Origin: Octopus bimaculoides
Taxonomy: Eukaryota
Assembly (NCBI RefSeq): GCF_001194135.2
Contig: NC_068983.1
Span: 66,827,697-66,891,385 of the forward strand
Length of the DNA: 63,689 nt
Reading direction: 5' to 3'
In this document: piece after piece, positions 1-12,414 of the stretch
How the letters are laid out: every line of letters starts with the position of its first letter
Numbering within the stretch: the stretch's first letter is position 1
Notes under the pieces: generated by a model
What the model was told of the DNA's origin: nothing
The model's database searches: none
The model's input: only the letters and a program-made list of their open reading frames with translations
Translations under genes and position numbers: made by a program

Positions 1-832
1 CCTCACGGCACAGAACATTGGCAAATCTTTTCTTATCTGCCTCCCCTCTGGCTAAATAAACCTGTCACCTAGCTTCCCTTCTGGCAGATTGGTACAATTC
101 CCTGCTACCACCGTTCTTCCAGTCCTTCCAAGCCTGTTTCTTTTGTCTAATAGCCCTGTCTACCTCCTTGTTCCACCACCACGTTATTTTGGGTCGAGAA
201 GGGACCTTGCACCAACCACAGATCTCGTCGGTGGCCCTCAGCAGGTTGTCCCGTAGAAAAGTCCAGTTGTCCTCTACATTGTGTGAAGCTACATCCCCCT
301 CTATTTCGTCAAAGGCATCGAGTAATAGGTCTCTAAATCTCTGTCCATTTGCAGGACCTTTGAGCTTCCATACCATTCTCCTCCAGGCTGGTCGTCTTCT
401 GGGCAGCCACTTAGCTCTGATCCTAAAGTCACTAACTACTAGTCTATGTCGTGGGGTACATTCTTCGCCTGGGAATGTTTTGGCATTTCTGAGCACCCGT
501 CTTTCCCTTTTCCTGGCGAGGAAGTAGTCAATTTGGCTTGTGTGCCTGCCAGAACGGTAGGTGACTAGGTGACTGGCAGGTTTCCTGAAGTTAGTATTGC
601 AGATCATAAGGTCATTTGCATCACAGAACTCCAGCAGCCTGGTTCCCTCCTCATTGCGGGAACCAAAACCATAGCCTCCATGTACACCATAGAAGCCCCC
701 TGAATGTTGTCCAACATGTCCATTGAAGTCACCAGCCACAAAGAGAAGGTCCCTGTCATTCGTCGATGAGGTAGTCTGCAGAAGAGTGTCATAAAATTGG
801 TCTTTCTGTCCGTCGGGTAGCCCGGGCTGAGG

Positions 833-838
<6 letters not shown>
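1..838 (-). mobile_element. RTE-clade LINE, APE endonuclease domain and linker (truncated at a (TA)n tract; RT would lie left of the window)
   Basis: Minus frame reads YAPQPG...VAGDFNGHVG...GFGSRNEEGTRLLEFC...NTNFRK...SQIDYFL...HRLVVSDF...TWWWNKEV, typical RTE endonuclease motifs. About 255 codons are open. One in-frame TGA at 62-64, after which the frame continues QVYLARGEADKKRFANV. Confidence 0.92.

Positions 839-872
<34 letters not shown>
836..872. repeat. (TA)n microsatellite
   Basis: Direct reading; it abuts the LINE at the YAPQ codon. Confidence 0.95.
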
Positions 873-876
<4 letters not shown>

Positions 877-885
877 ACAGCCACA

Positions 886-1315
886 CACGGACGTGGCTGT
901 GTTGTAACAAGTTTGCTTCCCAACCACATAGTTCTAGGTTCAGTCCCACTGTGTGGAACCTTAGGCTAGTGTCTTCTACTATAACCCCAAGTTGACCAAA
1001 GCCTTATGAGAGAAATTGGTAGAAAAATACCCCGTCTTATATATGTGTGTGCGCATCTGTGAGTGTGTGTATGTTTGTGCCTTCTTGCCTTGACATCACA
1101 TGATAACCGTAAATTGGTTACCACTGTCATATAAGCAGTGTCAGTCATTTCCAATATTCTGCAAGAACATGTCTGGCTATGGGAAATATTATCTTGGCTG
1201 AATGCAGGTGAGGTTTGGTGACCAGAATGGCATCTTGTCTTGGAAAAATCTGCCTCAATGAATTCATCTGACCCATGCAAGTATGGAAAAGTGGGCATCA
1301 AAATGATGAAGATGA
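886..1315 (+). mobile_element. tRNA-derived CORE-like SINE (octopus type) with (GAT)n-like tail
   Basis: Head gtggctgtgttgtaacaagtttgcttcccaaccac, B-box-like ggttcagtccc, CORE-like ccttaggctagtgtcttctactata, tail ...gcatcaaaatgatgaagatgat. Homologous heads recur at about 22370 and 40955. Confidence 0.7.
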
Positions 1316-1629
1316 TACGTTGTGTGTGTGTATGCATAAATACACGCATGTGCACGCACACACACACACACACACACAATGTATATATTTGTATATATAT
1401 CTCTTCCTGGAGAGGCCAAAACAGCTGCTTCTCACAATGCTTAACCAAGGAAATCTATCACCTATTAGGCATGGTATAACATCAGTCTCATGTTGTGCAT
1501 CTGTGACAATAACAGCAATAAAGTTGAGTGTTCTTCCTTATTAGTTTCAAAATAAAACCTTTGATATGACCTATTCTTCAGCACAATAATAGTGGCTAGC
1601 AGAGTTACCTTTCATTAATCAGTAATACT

Positions 1630-2811
1630 AGATGTGCCCATAAATCTCATGTGCTTTCAATGTTGGCTGTTTCATAACCTAATGAGGAGTCTGGTATATA
1701 TATATATACCATCAAGACAATCTTAAAGTTCTTTCTTTATAGTCCAGGCTTTGGATCCGTAAAGAACACTCTTTGCACAAGCCCTGAAGAAGGAAAGGCT
1801 TGCTAACTTTGAAATGCTTGATTGCCAGATGTTTTAAAACTTGTTACTGTTATTCCAGGTTAGTCATTTGCATGTAAAGGAGCCATTCTTACTGTTACCA
1901 ACAAAGGACATCGAAGTTGCTGATCTCTTTGCGTTATATGCCATTATTGGAATGAATTGGCAGGTGACTTGCATCTTCATTCATGGTTGTATATTCAGCC
2001 TTCTTTGCTTTGCAAAACAGACTTTGGCTGCAGTATTCTCGAAGGATATCAATATATCTTACACATCATACACACATGAGATGTGTGATTCAGCAACTCT
2101 TCCCTCTGCTTCATATTGACATAAAGACACAATTTTCCATTGCAGGTGGTGATGTGGTAAAGAAATCTTTGTTTAGGTTCACAAGTAGCTTAATGATAAA
2201 TGAGCAAACTACCTGTGATAGAAGAGTGATCGAGTATGTTGCTTTTGTTCAGAGCATGTGGCACCCATGCACCAGGGTTTTGGATCATTAGCCATTGAGT
2301 GAAGGTGATGAGTGGTGGTATCATGAGGGCGTCACACCTGCTGCACCAATTCCCTACTGGGTTGGTATGAATCCTCATGGATGAGCCCATTCAGTCAATC
2401 TTCACTGAACTGAACAGATTACTGAAGTTTAGAGACTTTGTGAGGACAAATTCATCCTTCTTGAAATGTGAAAACTATTTCTGTACAGTTCTTTCAGTGA
2501 TATTACCTTGTCTGTACACAGCACAATTGTTGTAACACAAATACCTTGAATGCCTTTGACAGCTATGGTACCTTGATTGAAAGTAATAATATGCAGTTGT
2601 CAAAAATGCTCCTTTTGTCTACTTGACATTCCATAGATGTATGTGTGAACAGTAGTAAAATTTATTCAAATTTCAAAAATGATGAGAAAAAGTTATCAAG
2701 GAAGAATTGAGGTACAGAAAAGAAAGCCAAAAAACCCTATGTTAAAATTATTTTTCATATTCATTAAAATAACTTTGGAAAGAAACGAATGAATTTATCT
2801 GAGAACCCAAT
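1630..2811 (-). mobile_element. Decayed mariner (Tc1/mariner) transposon
   Basis: Minus strand gives frameshifted mariner transposase: HF*QLHIITFNQG, IQNPGAWVPHALNKSN (WVPHEL motif), and a degenerate IVTGDEKWCLYVNMKQR-like stretch near 2110-2150. TIR-like gaatttatctgagaacccaata at about 2790-2811; left end uncertain. Confidence 0.75.
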
Positions 2812-3357
2812 ATACATACATACATACATACATACATATATTAATATGTATGTATGTTAAATGAAAAAACAGTGATTAATGAAAATTTTGTAAATAATGA
2901 TAATAATTATAAGCTATCACCATGTATTAGCTGAAGAAAATAGTCCAATATTAGGGCATATAAGCCCTTGATGGAAAAAAAAGTGGGTATTAGTACACAG
3001 AAATCGAACCTTCACTTCTGATATTTGCAATAAGTGTACTAACCAATTACACCAACCTATCCACTTGCCTTTTCCCATTAGATTGAAGGGTTTTAATTTC
3101 ATAATGTTGTTTTTAAACCAACAAACATTTAATGCAGAATATGCATGTTTGTTTAAAATCAACACAATGAAATTATAACTCTTGAATCTATTGGCAAAAA
3201 GTGAGTTGGTAGGCTGATTTAATTGGTCAGCACACTTATCAAAGATATGTGTGGGTTAGATGTGTAATACAACCCACATGCACACATATACCTGTGCATG
3301 CATATATAGGTATACATATTTTGTGTGTGTGTGTATGTGTGTGTGTGTGTGTGTGTA

Positions 3358-3388
<31 letters not shown>

Positions 3389-4628
3389 TCATCATTTTAG
3401 CATCTACTTTTCCTGACCTGCATGGATCAGACAAGTGTGTTGTGGCAGAGTTGTTTTACAGCTAGATGCCCTTCCTGTTGTCAGGATAATGCGTGTGTGT
3501 GTGTGTGCGCGCGTGCGCGTGTGCATGTGTGCGTGTGTTTGTATGCATGTATGTGTGTGTGTTATCCATACTGTCAGAGATCATCCAATATGTATCTATA
3601 AATTATTGCTCCTCTATTTCTGCTAATAAATGTTCCTGATCTTGTTGCTTTTTCTCTCTTTACTCGTTTTTCACTGATATTTTAGGTATATTCTTCAGTA
3701 TTCTGTTCCTTTCCCACAGCATAAGTTTTAGTCAACAGTGTAAAATCTGCTATACACTCATTTGTGATCAATTGTCTTTTGCCATTAGCTTTTATCTATG
3801 GCATTGTTTGCAGATTCTCTACATGTAATAATGCTTATGTCTAGATTCTCAGTAATTTGGGAAATGTTTATCATTTGCCAAGTTCCCCTAACCAGATAGT
3901 ATTCTATAACTCGATTTTATTATTTAAAATATGGTTGTGATATATTAGGTTTTCTCAAAGCATATACAATCATAATTAATATTTGCAAACATTGTATACT
4001 ATTAGCTGAGAAAGTTTGCACTGTCCTATAAAATTAACCATACTTCAACATAAAACCACTCATTTGTATAATTTAGAACCACTCTATGGCTGGTATGTAT
4101 TGTATCAACTACAATGGAGTACAAAGGCAACTTTGACATTGTTAAATCATCTAATTTGCAAGAATAATGTTGCAAATGGTTAGACTGCATACATATTTGA
4201 ATGAGATAAATTTATTAATAATATGGTGAGTTTTTTTTCATTACTTTTTATCTTATTAGGATGTAACAGAATAGCTATTGTGCCTTATATATGTTTGCAT
4301 TTCTTTTTTTTCTTGGTAGTGTTGAAAACATTGCTTAGAAATTATTGTGGTTAATGAAAGATTGTTTTAAAACATTACTTGTATCATTTAAAGCAAGATG
4401 AATGTTCCCTATTAATGTGAACATGCAGCTGTAAAAAGTAATCATGGAAATATCTAAATTTGTAGTATTATCCAGTTCATATTAGCATAGAAGTCATAAA
4501 TGTAGGCTTGAAGAAAATCAAATGATTATTCAATTATGGACAAAAGATTTGGGTTTTTATATCCATGTACTTCACTTACTTATTCTTCATTGGATTTTAA
4601 AGAATTACTTCTCCAACTAATAGATTAC

Positions 4629-4746
4629 CTGATACATTTCAGTGAACAACGACATCCTTACAACTACATTGCCTTGTTAATGCTTCAATTGCTTTGGAAA
4701 TAGTGTGATAATATACTTTGTTCTCTTCTTTAATCCTACCTATTCT
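4629..4746 (-). CDS. Candidate terminal coding exon, unidentified (RIGRIKEENKVYYHTISKAIEALTRQCSCKDVVVH*)
   Basis: Acceptor catttttatattcaag and donor cag|gtaatc; phase 0 matches the candidate at 5271-5353. No homology recognised. Confidence 0.2.
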
Positions 4747-5270
4747 CTTGAATATAAAAATGAATGTTTTATCTTTTACAATGATGCCTTAATTTCGACA
4801 TATCCTGGAATTCATATATTTAAATGCATTATTAAAGCAGCTGCTTTTTAGTTAGCAGCTCTTTTTAATGCTAGACTCTTATCTGGATGGTTCTTAATTT
4901 CTGCAAAATTGTTTGTAGTGAGCACTTGTTATTTCTAGTTCATTCAATCAAAAGAATATAGTAATATTATTGTTAGCTTGACCTAAAGAAACAATAATTA
5001 CTTCTCTTTTAAAGAACATCGATTCCTTTCCAAATTGAGGTGCTCTTTGGATACAATTCTAAAACAGAAATTAGTTTTATTTACTTTGTGTTGTTACCTG
5101 AAATACAACCATTGCTAAAACTCAAAATGCTACATTAGTCAAACCAAAACAGATACCAATTTAAATGAATCTCAAATATTTCTATTCAAATCATTAGATA
5201 CGTCCAGTAGAGAGTTACTGGTCATGTCACTGATATATAGAGAAAATAGGATTTTCTTTGCAGTACTTAC

Positions 5271-5353
5271 TTGTAAGTTTGTACGTATCCATGCAGTTTC
5301 ATTTTTATATAAAAGCACTTTCGTATACACATTATGTATTTGATGGTATATTA
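5271..5353 (-). CDS. Candidate internal exon, unidentified (xIYHQIHNVYTKVLLYKNETAWIRTNLQ)
   Basis: Acceptor cattttacttttgaaacag, donor caa|gtaagt, open frame of 83 nt. No homology recognised. Confidence 0.2.
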
Positions 5354-6116
5354 CTGTTTCAAAAGTAAAATGTATTTTTACTTGTATATAAATAAAATCA
5401 TTGATGAAACCTGATGGAATATTCAAATGAATGAAAGAAGTATTTAAGTATAAATAAACTTTGGCACAAATCTGTTTGGCTAGTGATTGTTAGCAAAATA
5501 ACAATCTAAGAAAAGACATTTCAAAGTAATTTGGAAGAAGTTATATTTGCTGGAAGTATTCCATGGGGAATAATTATTAAAATGGACATATGCTGCAAAT
5601 GAGAGGAAAGAAATGTCCTTAAAAGGAGAGCTCCTTTGCCAACATTGATTCAAAGCACCCAATATACATTTCTATCCAAGTTGACAAATTTGGTGTGAGC
5701 TTGAGCTAGTTTTAGTTGGAAAAATCTCAAGTATCTAAAAGTTATTGAATTTCCTCACTTTATTTTTGTTTTTCCCATTTTTATGTCAAGTCTTTCTCAC
5801 AACTGACATGGAATATAGTGATTTAAAGAAATGTAAAAGTCCCAACAGATCTTGAATATAATAATAGTAAACAGGTCATGTATTACATATGTGTTTTTTC
5901 AAAAGTAAGGGTTGCCAACTCTGTCTTTTATCTACTTCATCTTTAAGATGGGCAATTTCTTATCAAGTTTTATATGAAATATCTCATCAGTCAATTTGAT
6001 GCCACTATATAAATGTTAAAAGAATTAAAACACTGAAATTACATGTTCATTGTTATAGAGAAAGCATAAAGGAGATTATTGGTGTTATGATGAAAATACT
6101 GTTTAACATAAGTCCA

Positions 6117-6276
6117 CTAGAAATAGCAGCCAAATCTCTCTTTGATCACATTCTACCATCGTTCAAAAGAGAAAGAGCATATTGGATTATATAGTCTAGT
6201 CTGAGATAAACAATACTCTTTCTCATTTTAAAGATGATAGAATGTGATCAAAGAGAGATTTGGCTGTTATTTCTAG
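6117..6276. mobile_element. MITE-like hairpin, 160 bp
   Basis: ctagaaatagcagccaaatctctctttgatcacattctaccatc... pairs with ...gatgatagaatgtgatcaaagagagatttggctgttatttctag (arms about 65 bp). The motif atttggctgctattt recurs near 13315 and 20835. Confidence 0.8.
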
Positions 6277-8117
6277 ATTGTATAGTATTGGTATTAGTAA
6301 TAACAACAGTTGTAATATGAACTTGATTGTAGACATTCTAAAATATCCCACTAGTTCCCTCTGGCTTTTTAGTTAACAATATATCTCAGAAACTTAATCA
6401 TTCACTTTAATATTGCTGTGCTACATAGATAGCTTTGTTTGTTGTTCATAACTGATGTGAACATAGTTTCAGTAATCTATAAGTTTCAAAATTATAGACT
6501 TTTTCCATTACCTTTACAAGCCCACATAGATTCAAAACTGTTTAGTATGCAGTACGTACAGATTCATATACCTGCAGACAAATGATCTCTTTAGATTTTA
6601 GCAGCATGGGTCTGTTGTAAAAAAGGTAGAAGGCATGAGAAATTCTGTAATATACTCATAATTTACATATATTCACAGAGGATATAATATTTATAAGTAT
6701 ATTGAATAAAGATATTTTTAACATCTTGCCCAAAACCAGATACTTAAATGTAATAATTCATTGCATATTCTTCTCAGTATATTGCTCCTGCAATGCAGTA
6801 TTTGCCATGCGCTCTTCACAATATGTATATACCTATATGTATGCCAACTTATTACAGCATGCTATTTGTGAAAAGAAACAGAATTGGAAATAAAGTGTTG
6901 AAGTGCATTTCATATATATGTACACAGAAACCTGACTTGGGATGCCATTTCAGTATACAGAGAAATTTTTCCTGAAACAATACTGTCACAAAGACAGATA
7001 TCTAAAATTCGAACGTTATAATATTTAGAATATAAACTTGGCTATTTTCAAATAAATCTAAAACTCTCACAAGGTAGATTTATTACTAATGTATTGAATG
7101 AATGAAAAGCAATAATAAACAAAATATATAAGTTATTTCAACTATCTGATATTTTGTATGTATATGTAAGAAAGTGTGTGTGATGTACATACATATTCCA
7201 TAAATTATATTGTAAAATAATTTTTGTGATTACCACAGCTAGCAAACTGCTATTAGATTATTCTTAGCTCTTTTACAGTGATACTGAAAATAATATGAAT
7301 TGAAGTTAGTATCAGCTATTTGGCATAAAAGTATACCCAGACTATTTAATTAGAACAGATTTGAAATAGGTGCTTTATTCTTTTTACATATTTTATATCC
7401 TATTTCGTAATAACTTACTTCATAAAAATTCTTTGAAAACTCTTTGCTCATTAAAAATCCATCTTCCAACACCTCCCTCTTCCTCTACTCAGACTACCCA
7501 CCAATTGTATTCCCCTCCCCTCCATCTTCCACTCTTTCTCATGAACCTACCAGCACACAGTTTGTCCTTGTCTAATCTCTTCCCTACAATATATCCTCCT
7601 CTTAATACCCTTCCCACTACCTTTATTCACTTACTGCACTCTCTCCACCCTCCATCTCCTCTCCTCTCAAATTCTCACAAACTTACCCACCCATGCACCA
7701 ACTCTCCCTCTTCAATCTATGGTCCACTTCACTTTATACATCTCCCTTTAACTTGGGGGTACTCCGACCATCTCATCTTCACCAACTTCTCTCTCTCCAC
7801 ATGAAACATTAGTGTTTTCTTCTGTATTACAAGTCGCCATTTTCTGACTCCCAATACCACTTGCCCACTCAGTTGAGGTGGTTTTGTCTTGCAAGTTACT
7901 TGATGACCCTGCTGATGCTATATAAAGAGCACTCAGTACACTCTGTAAAGTGGTTGGTTTTAGGAAGTGCATCCTATCAAGAAACCATGCCAAAGCAAGC
8001 AGCAGCGTTTGATGGAGTTTTCTGATTTGCTAGTTTTTGTCAGATCATCCAACTCATGCCAGTGTGGAAAATATGTTAAATAATAATGATGATAATATGT
8101 GTATATATGATAGATTA

Positions 8118-8560
8118 GTCATGGTCACTGCTGGTGCCATGTAAATGACACTTGTGCATTGTAGTCATGGTTGTTGCCTGTGTCATGTAAATTGCACCTG
8201 TGTATCATGGTCATTGACAGTGCCATTTAAATGGCACCCAGAAATTGTAGTCATGGTTGTTGATGGTGCCATGTAAATGGCACCCATGAAATCGTAGTTG
8301 TGGTCACTGCAAGTGCCATGTACATGCTGCCTGTCAATCATAGTTGTGGTCATTGTCAGTGTTATGTAAATGGCACCCATGCTGGTGGTACATAAAAGCA
8401 CCCATTACACTTCTGGAGTGGTTGGCATCAGGAAGGGCATCCAGCTGTAGAAATCATGCCAAATCAGACTGGAACGTGGTGCAGCTCTCCAGCTCATCAG
8501 CTCCAGTCCAGCTGTTTAACCCAAGTCAACATGGATAACAGATGTTAAATGATGATGATT
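8118..8560 (+). mobile_element. Retroposon (RTE-type 3' tail, (GAT)n end) with internal array of about six 41-47 bp units
   Basis: Units gtcatggt(cact/tgtt)g..gtgccatgtaaatggcac, then the shared tail ggagtggttggcatcaggaagggcatccagctgtagaaa...gatgttaaatgatgatgat. Confidence 0.75.
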
Positions 8561-8940
8561 CTCCTGTTGATTTAGCATATGAATGTCCAGTTGTTCAATC
8601 AAATGAACTATCACCTACCCACTGAATTAACATGTAGAGTGGTTGAATTTTCTGCACATGTGTACCCTTGACATAATCCTCAGGTAGAATCAGCATGATA
8701 TAGATGGATAGGTCGAGACCTACAGATGTAGTCCATCTGACAGGCTTCTACAGAACTTGTTTGCTGAATTTCTTTCAAATGGCTTGGGTGGACATTACAT
8801 TGTTGTAAAGCAAATGAACCAGTAAGCCATGCTTGCATACTTGTGTGTGTGCATGTGTGTATGTGTGTATAAGTCGTCTAAGAGTCCATAAGTGAGGGAA
8901 AAAATGCACTCATGTATCTGTCAATAGAGTGGGTATATTA

Positions 8941-9156
8941 TTCGCGCTAGAGATTCAGCAGAGTGTTGAGTTACAATCCAATTATGTAACTCTGCACTCA
9001 TCAAAGCTAGCTATTGTGGAATGAAATACAGTATTATATATCCATTATGGCTGATCTTACCAATCAGTTTCATTCCATAACAGCTACCTCTCTGATGAGT
9101 GCAGGGTTACATAATCAGATTGTTACCTAACACTCTGTTGAATCCCTAGTGTGGAA
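8941..9156. repeat. Inverted repeat with about 86-bp arms and 41-bp spacer, containing a degenerate hammerhead-like motif
   Basis: 8941-9026 is the imperfect reverse complement of 9068-9156. CTGATGA at 9092-9098. Confidence 0.8.
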
Positions 9157-9347
9157 CTGATTGGCAAGAAAAAATCTATATATTGCAGATGATATTTTTT
9201 TATTGAAACTGAAAGTTAATGTTTGTCATGTGACTTTTGTTACTTATAAATGTATCCAATCTACCTAATATGCATATTAGATACTCATTTGAACTTTGGT
9301 CATCCCAGCTCTATACTGGATATATTCCATATATACTGGATATATTC

Positions 9348-9392
<45 letters not shown>

Positions 9393-9606
9393 TTAGGGAA
9401 ACTCCTTACCTACTATAACATATAGAAAAATTAAATTAATTTTTCTATATGTGACAGTGGATTTTCATCGATGAGTTCATGAACCTTGGTTCTTTTCCCT
9501 AAAGCTATATATTTATATGTATTTTACTCTGTGAAACTTAATTTAATTTCAATTTTTAATAAATTGATTTTGAGTTTTTACCTGTAATTTTGGATTTTAT
9601 CCCTAA

Positions 9607-9650
<44 letters not shown>

Positions 9651-10309
9651 NNNNNNNNNNNNNNNNNNNNNNNNNNNNNNNNNNNNNNNNNNNNNNNNNN
9701 NNNNNNNNNNNNNNNNNNNNNNNNNNNNNNNNNNNNNNNNNNNNNNNNNNNNNNNNNNNNNNNNNNNNNNNNNNNNNNNNNNNNNNNNNNNNNNNNNNNN
9801 NNNNNNNNNNNNNNNNNNNNNNNNNNNNNNNNNNNNNNNNNNNNNNNNNNNNNNNNNNNNNNNNNNNNNNNNNNNNNNNNNNNNNNNNNNNNNNNNNNNN
9901 NNNNNNNNNNNNNNNNNNNNNNNNNNNNNNNNNNNNNNNNNNNNNNNNNNNNNNNNNNNNNNNNNNNNNNNNNNNNNNNNNNNNNNNNNNNNNNNNNNNN
10001 NNNNNNNNNNNNNNNNNNNNNNNNNNNNNNNNNNNNNNNNNNNNNNNNNNNNNNNNNNNNNNNNNNNNNNNNNNNNNNNNNNNNNNNNNNNNNNNNNNNN
10101 NNNNNNNNNNNNNNNNNNNNNNNNNNNNNNNNNNNNNNNNNNNNNNNNNNNNNNNNNNNNNNNNNNNNNNNNNNNNNNNNNNNNNNNNNNNNNNNNNNNN
10201 NNNNNNNNNNNNNNNNNNNNNNNNNNNNNNNNNNNNNNNNNNNNNNNNNNNNNNNNNNNNNNNNNNNNNNNNNNNNNNNNNNNNNNNNNNNNNNNNNNNN
10301 NNNNNNNNN

Positions 10310-10310
<1 letters not shown>
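9651..10310. other. Assembly gap flanked by (ATT)n and (AT)n
   Basis: Run of N. Confidence 1.
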
Positions 10311-10350
<40 letters not shown>

Positions 10351-10662
10351 CTCCATATATGTATCATACATGGTGCATGTATATATTGTTGACAGGCAAG
10401 TTACTGTGATAGTTGTCTGAGATAGCATTGCTCATAGGTATGTTGTTTTTTAAAACATCATATATATCTGAGGGAGATGAAAAATCATACCAGCAGCAGC
10501 TAGTGAGAACATCAGATACATTTTGACTTAGCTGGGCCTTATGAGTGACATAATTCACTGTCAATCAGATGCCTGGATGAGATTTGTCACCTCCAATATA
10601 GGAAACAGTGAATGAAATAATAGATGATATTATATTAGAATATTATATTATATTAGAATATT

Positions 10663-10734
10663 GTTAAGGTGTTATATATTATTAAGGTGTTATATATTAT
10701 TAAGGTGTTATATAATATTAAGGTGTTATATAAT
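10663..10734. repeat. 18-bp minisatellite x4 (attaaggtgttatatatt)
   Basis: Direct reading. Confidence 0.9.
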
Positions 10735-12414
10735 ATACTGAGCATTCATTGCATGATATGTGAATCATCTCTTTTATGACATTATGTTGTGTACCTCCAG
10801 TGTATAGTATGTGCTAAAGTGATCCTTGTTCAGTCAAAATTTACACACCTATTGATAAATATTGATTATTAATTCAATGAATAAAGTTACAGTAAAAAAG
10901 TATATAGGAGTATGTTTTACAGATGTTATTTGTACATGTGTGTTTGAATTAATTTTAGCATGGATGCTATTGGTTACAGTTCCTCATTAAAAATTATTTG
11001 TGTGGTCAGAGTAATCATTTTCCCCACAAAGTGGAGTAGATGTTAGTGTGCATAAACATAAAAATAAGATAAAAGTATTTCAGTCAGTACAAGCAATGGA
11101 AATAGTTCATAAACAAGTGCATTAGAATTATCAGCAGTTGTAGAGTAAAGTATTAGATAAAGTATTTAGATAAGGTATTGCTTTATTAAAATGTGTTACA
11201 TATAAAATAGGTTGGAGAATTTCAAAAAGCTTCAATGAGACTTTCTAAAATCTTCGTTTTATGAGAAACTACATGTTCTTATTTCTCCTGAATAGAATGA
11301 TTCTGATAAAATAGAAACATTTTCTTTCAGGAATATTTCTATTTAATAAATCTTGACACATTTATTTCTGTACCAGTAGTAATGATGCAATGCAGAAATT
11401 GCAGAATAAAACAAACTTTTCTGGAAACTGTGTATGCATACAAGTGGTTTGAGTACTTTAAGAATAAGACTGAGATTTTCTGACAAAGGAAATCGAAAAT
11501 TGATAGATAGGAAATAAAAAGATGTGAGGATTTATATAGGAAAAGAGCAAAAATAATTGTAGTTAGAACAAGGTAAAATAATTATACTAATATTGTCTAT
11601 ACTAATGGAAAGAAGAAAGAGAAAAGGAAGATGGAAACAAGACAAAATGGAGAATAAAAGCTAAAGAGGCTGAGATTGTTCATCAGTTAACTTTATTAGA
11701 GTTGTCGTATTGATCTTGTCTTTTATTGATCTCTCCTAATGCACTGTAGACCAAGTGATGGGATAAGCATTATAGGTAAGGAGTTGATTGTTCAACTGAT
11801 CTCTATATCAAAGAATAATAGAATATTATATTTTTCTACATGTGTTTTACATTGTTTTATATATATATATATATGTATGTATGTATATAGAGAGAGAGGT
11901 GTTTGTGTGTGTATGTAAATGCAGGTGTATAAGTATTATGCATTCATAGATTGATAAGCTGATACACAGTCAAATTTATTAGATCAGTAGATATAAGCAT
12001 ATATGTCTGTTTAATTTGGATGGGTGAAAAAGAAAGAAAGAATAAATTTCAAGGCAAATGACTAGTTATGGAAAGATAATACTTTTAATTAGGTCCACAT
12101 GAAAGAATTTTGTGAAAAATAGTGAATAAAACACTTTAGAATATGAGTTCTAGGAAATCATTATTTGGAAAGATTGAAAATATAGCATTAATATTACAAA
12201 CTTTAAAAATCTAATGCAGTCAAGCTATGGTAATTATTCACTGTCAACTGCTTCTTAACTTACAAATTGATAGGTGTTTTTGGATAGAGGATCATTTAGT
12301 TTTAAAACATGTCCTCATCAAAAACAAGACAGAACAGTTAAGAAAAGTATATGAATAATGAAATGCAAGATAATGAAATCCAAGAGATATATGAAGGTTT
12401 ATTATTTTACAACT

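Noticed and set aside
7370-7804. 144-aa Pro/Leu/His-rich ORF (similar cases at 28145-28531 and 56268-56741)
   Set aside because: C/T-rich low-complexity strand that lacks stops by composition; no domain motifs.
8118-8400. CRISPR-like array with palindromic repeats
   Set aside because: Units are diverged over their full length with no unique spacers, there are no cas genes, the context is eukaryotic, and the array is attached to a retroposon tail.
9556-10428. Long ORFs at 9.6-10.4, 15.8-16.5 and 60.1-61.2 kb
   Set aside because: They are open only because they span N gaps and microsatellites.
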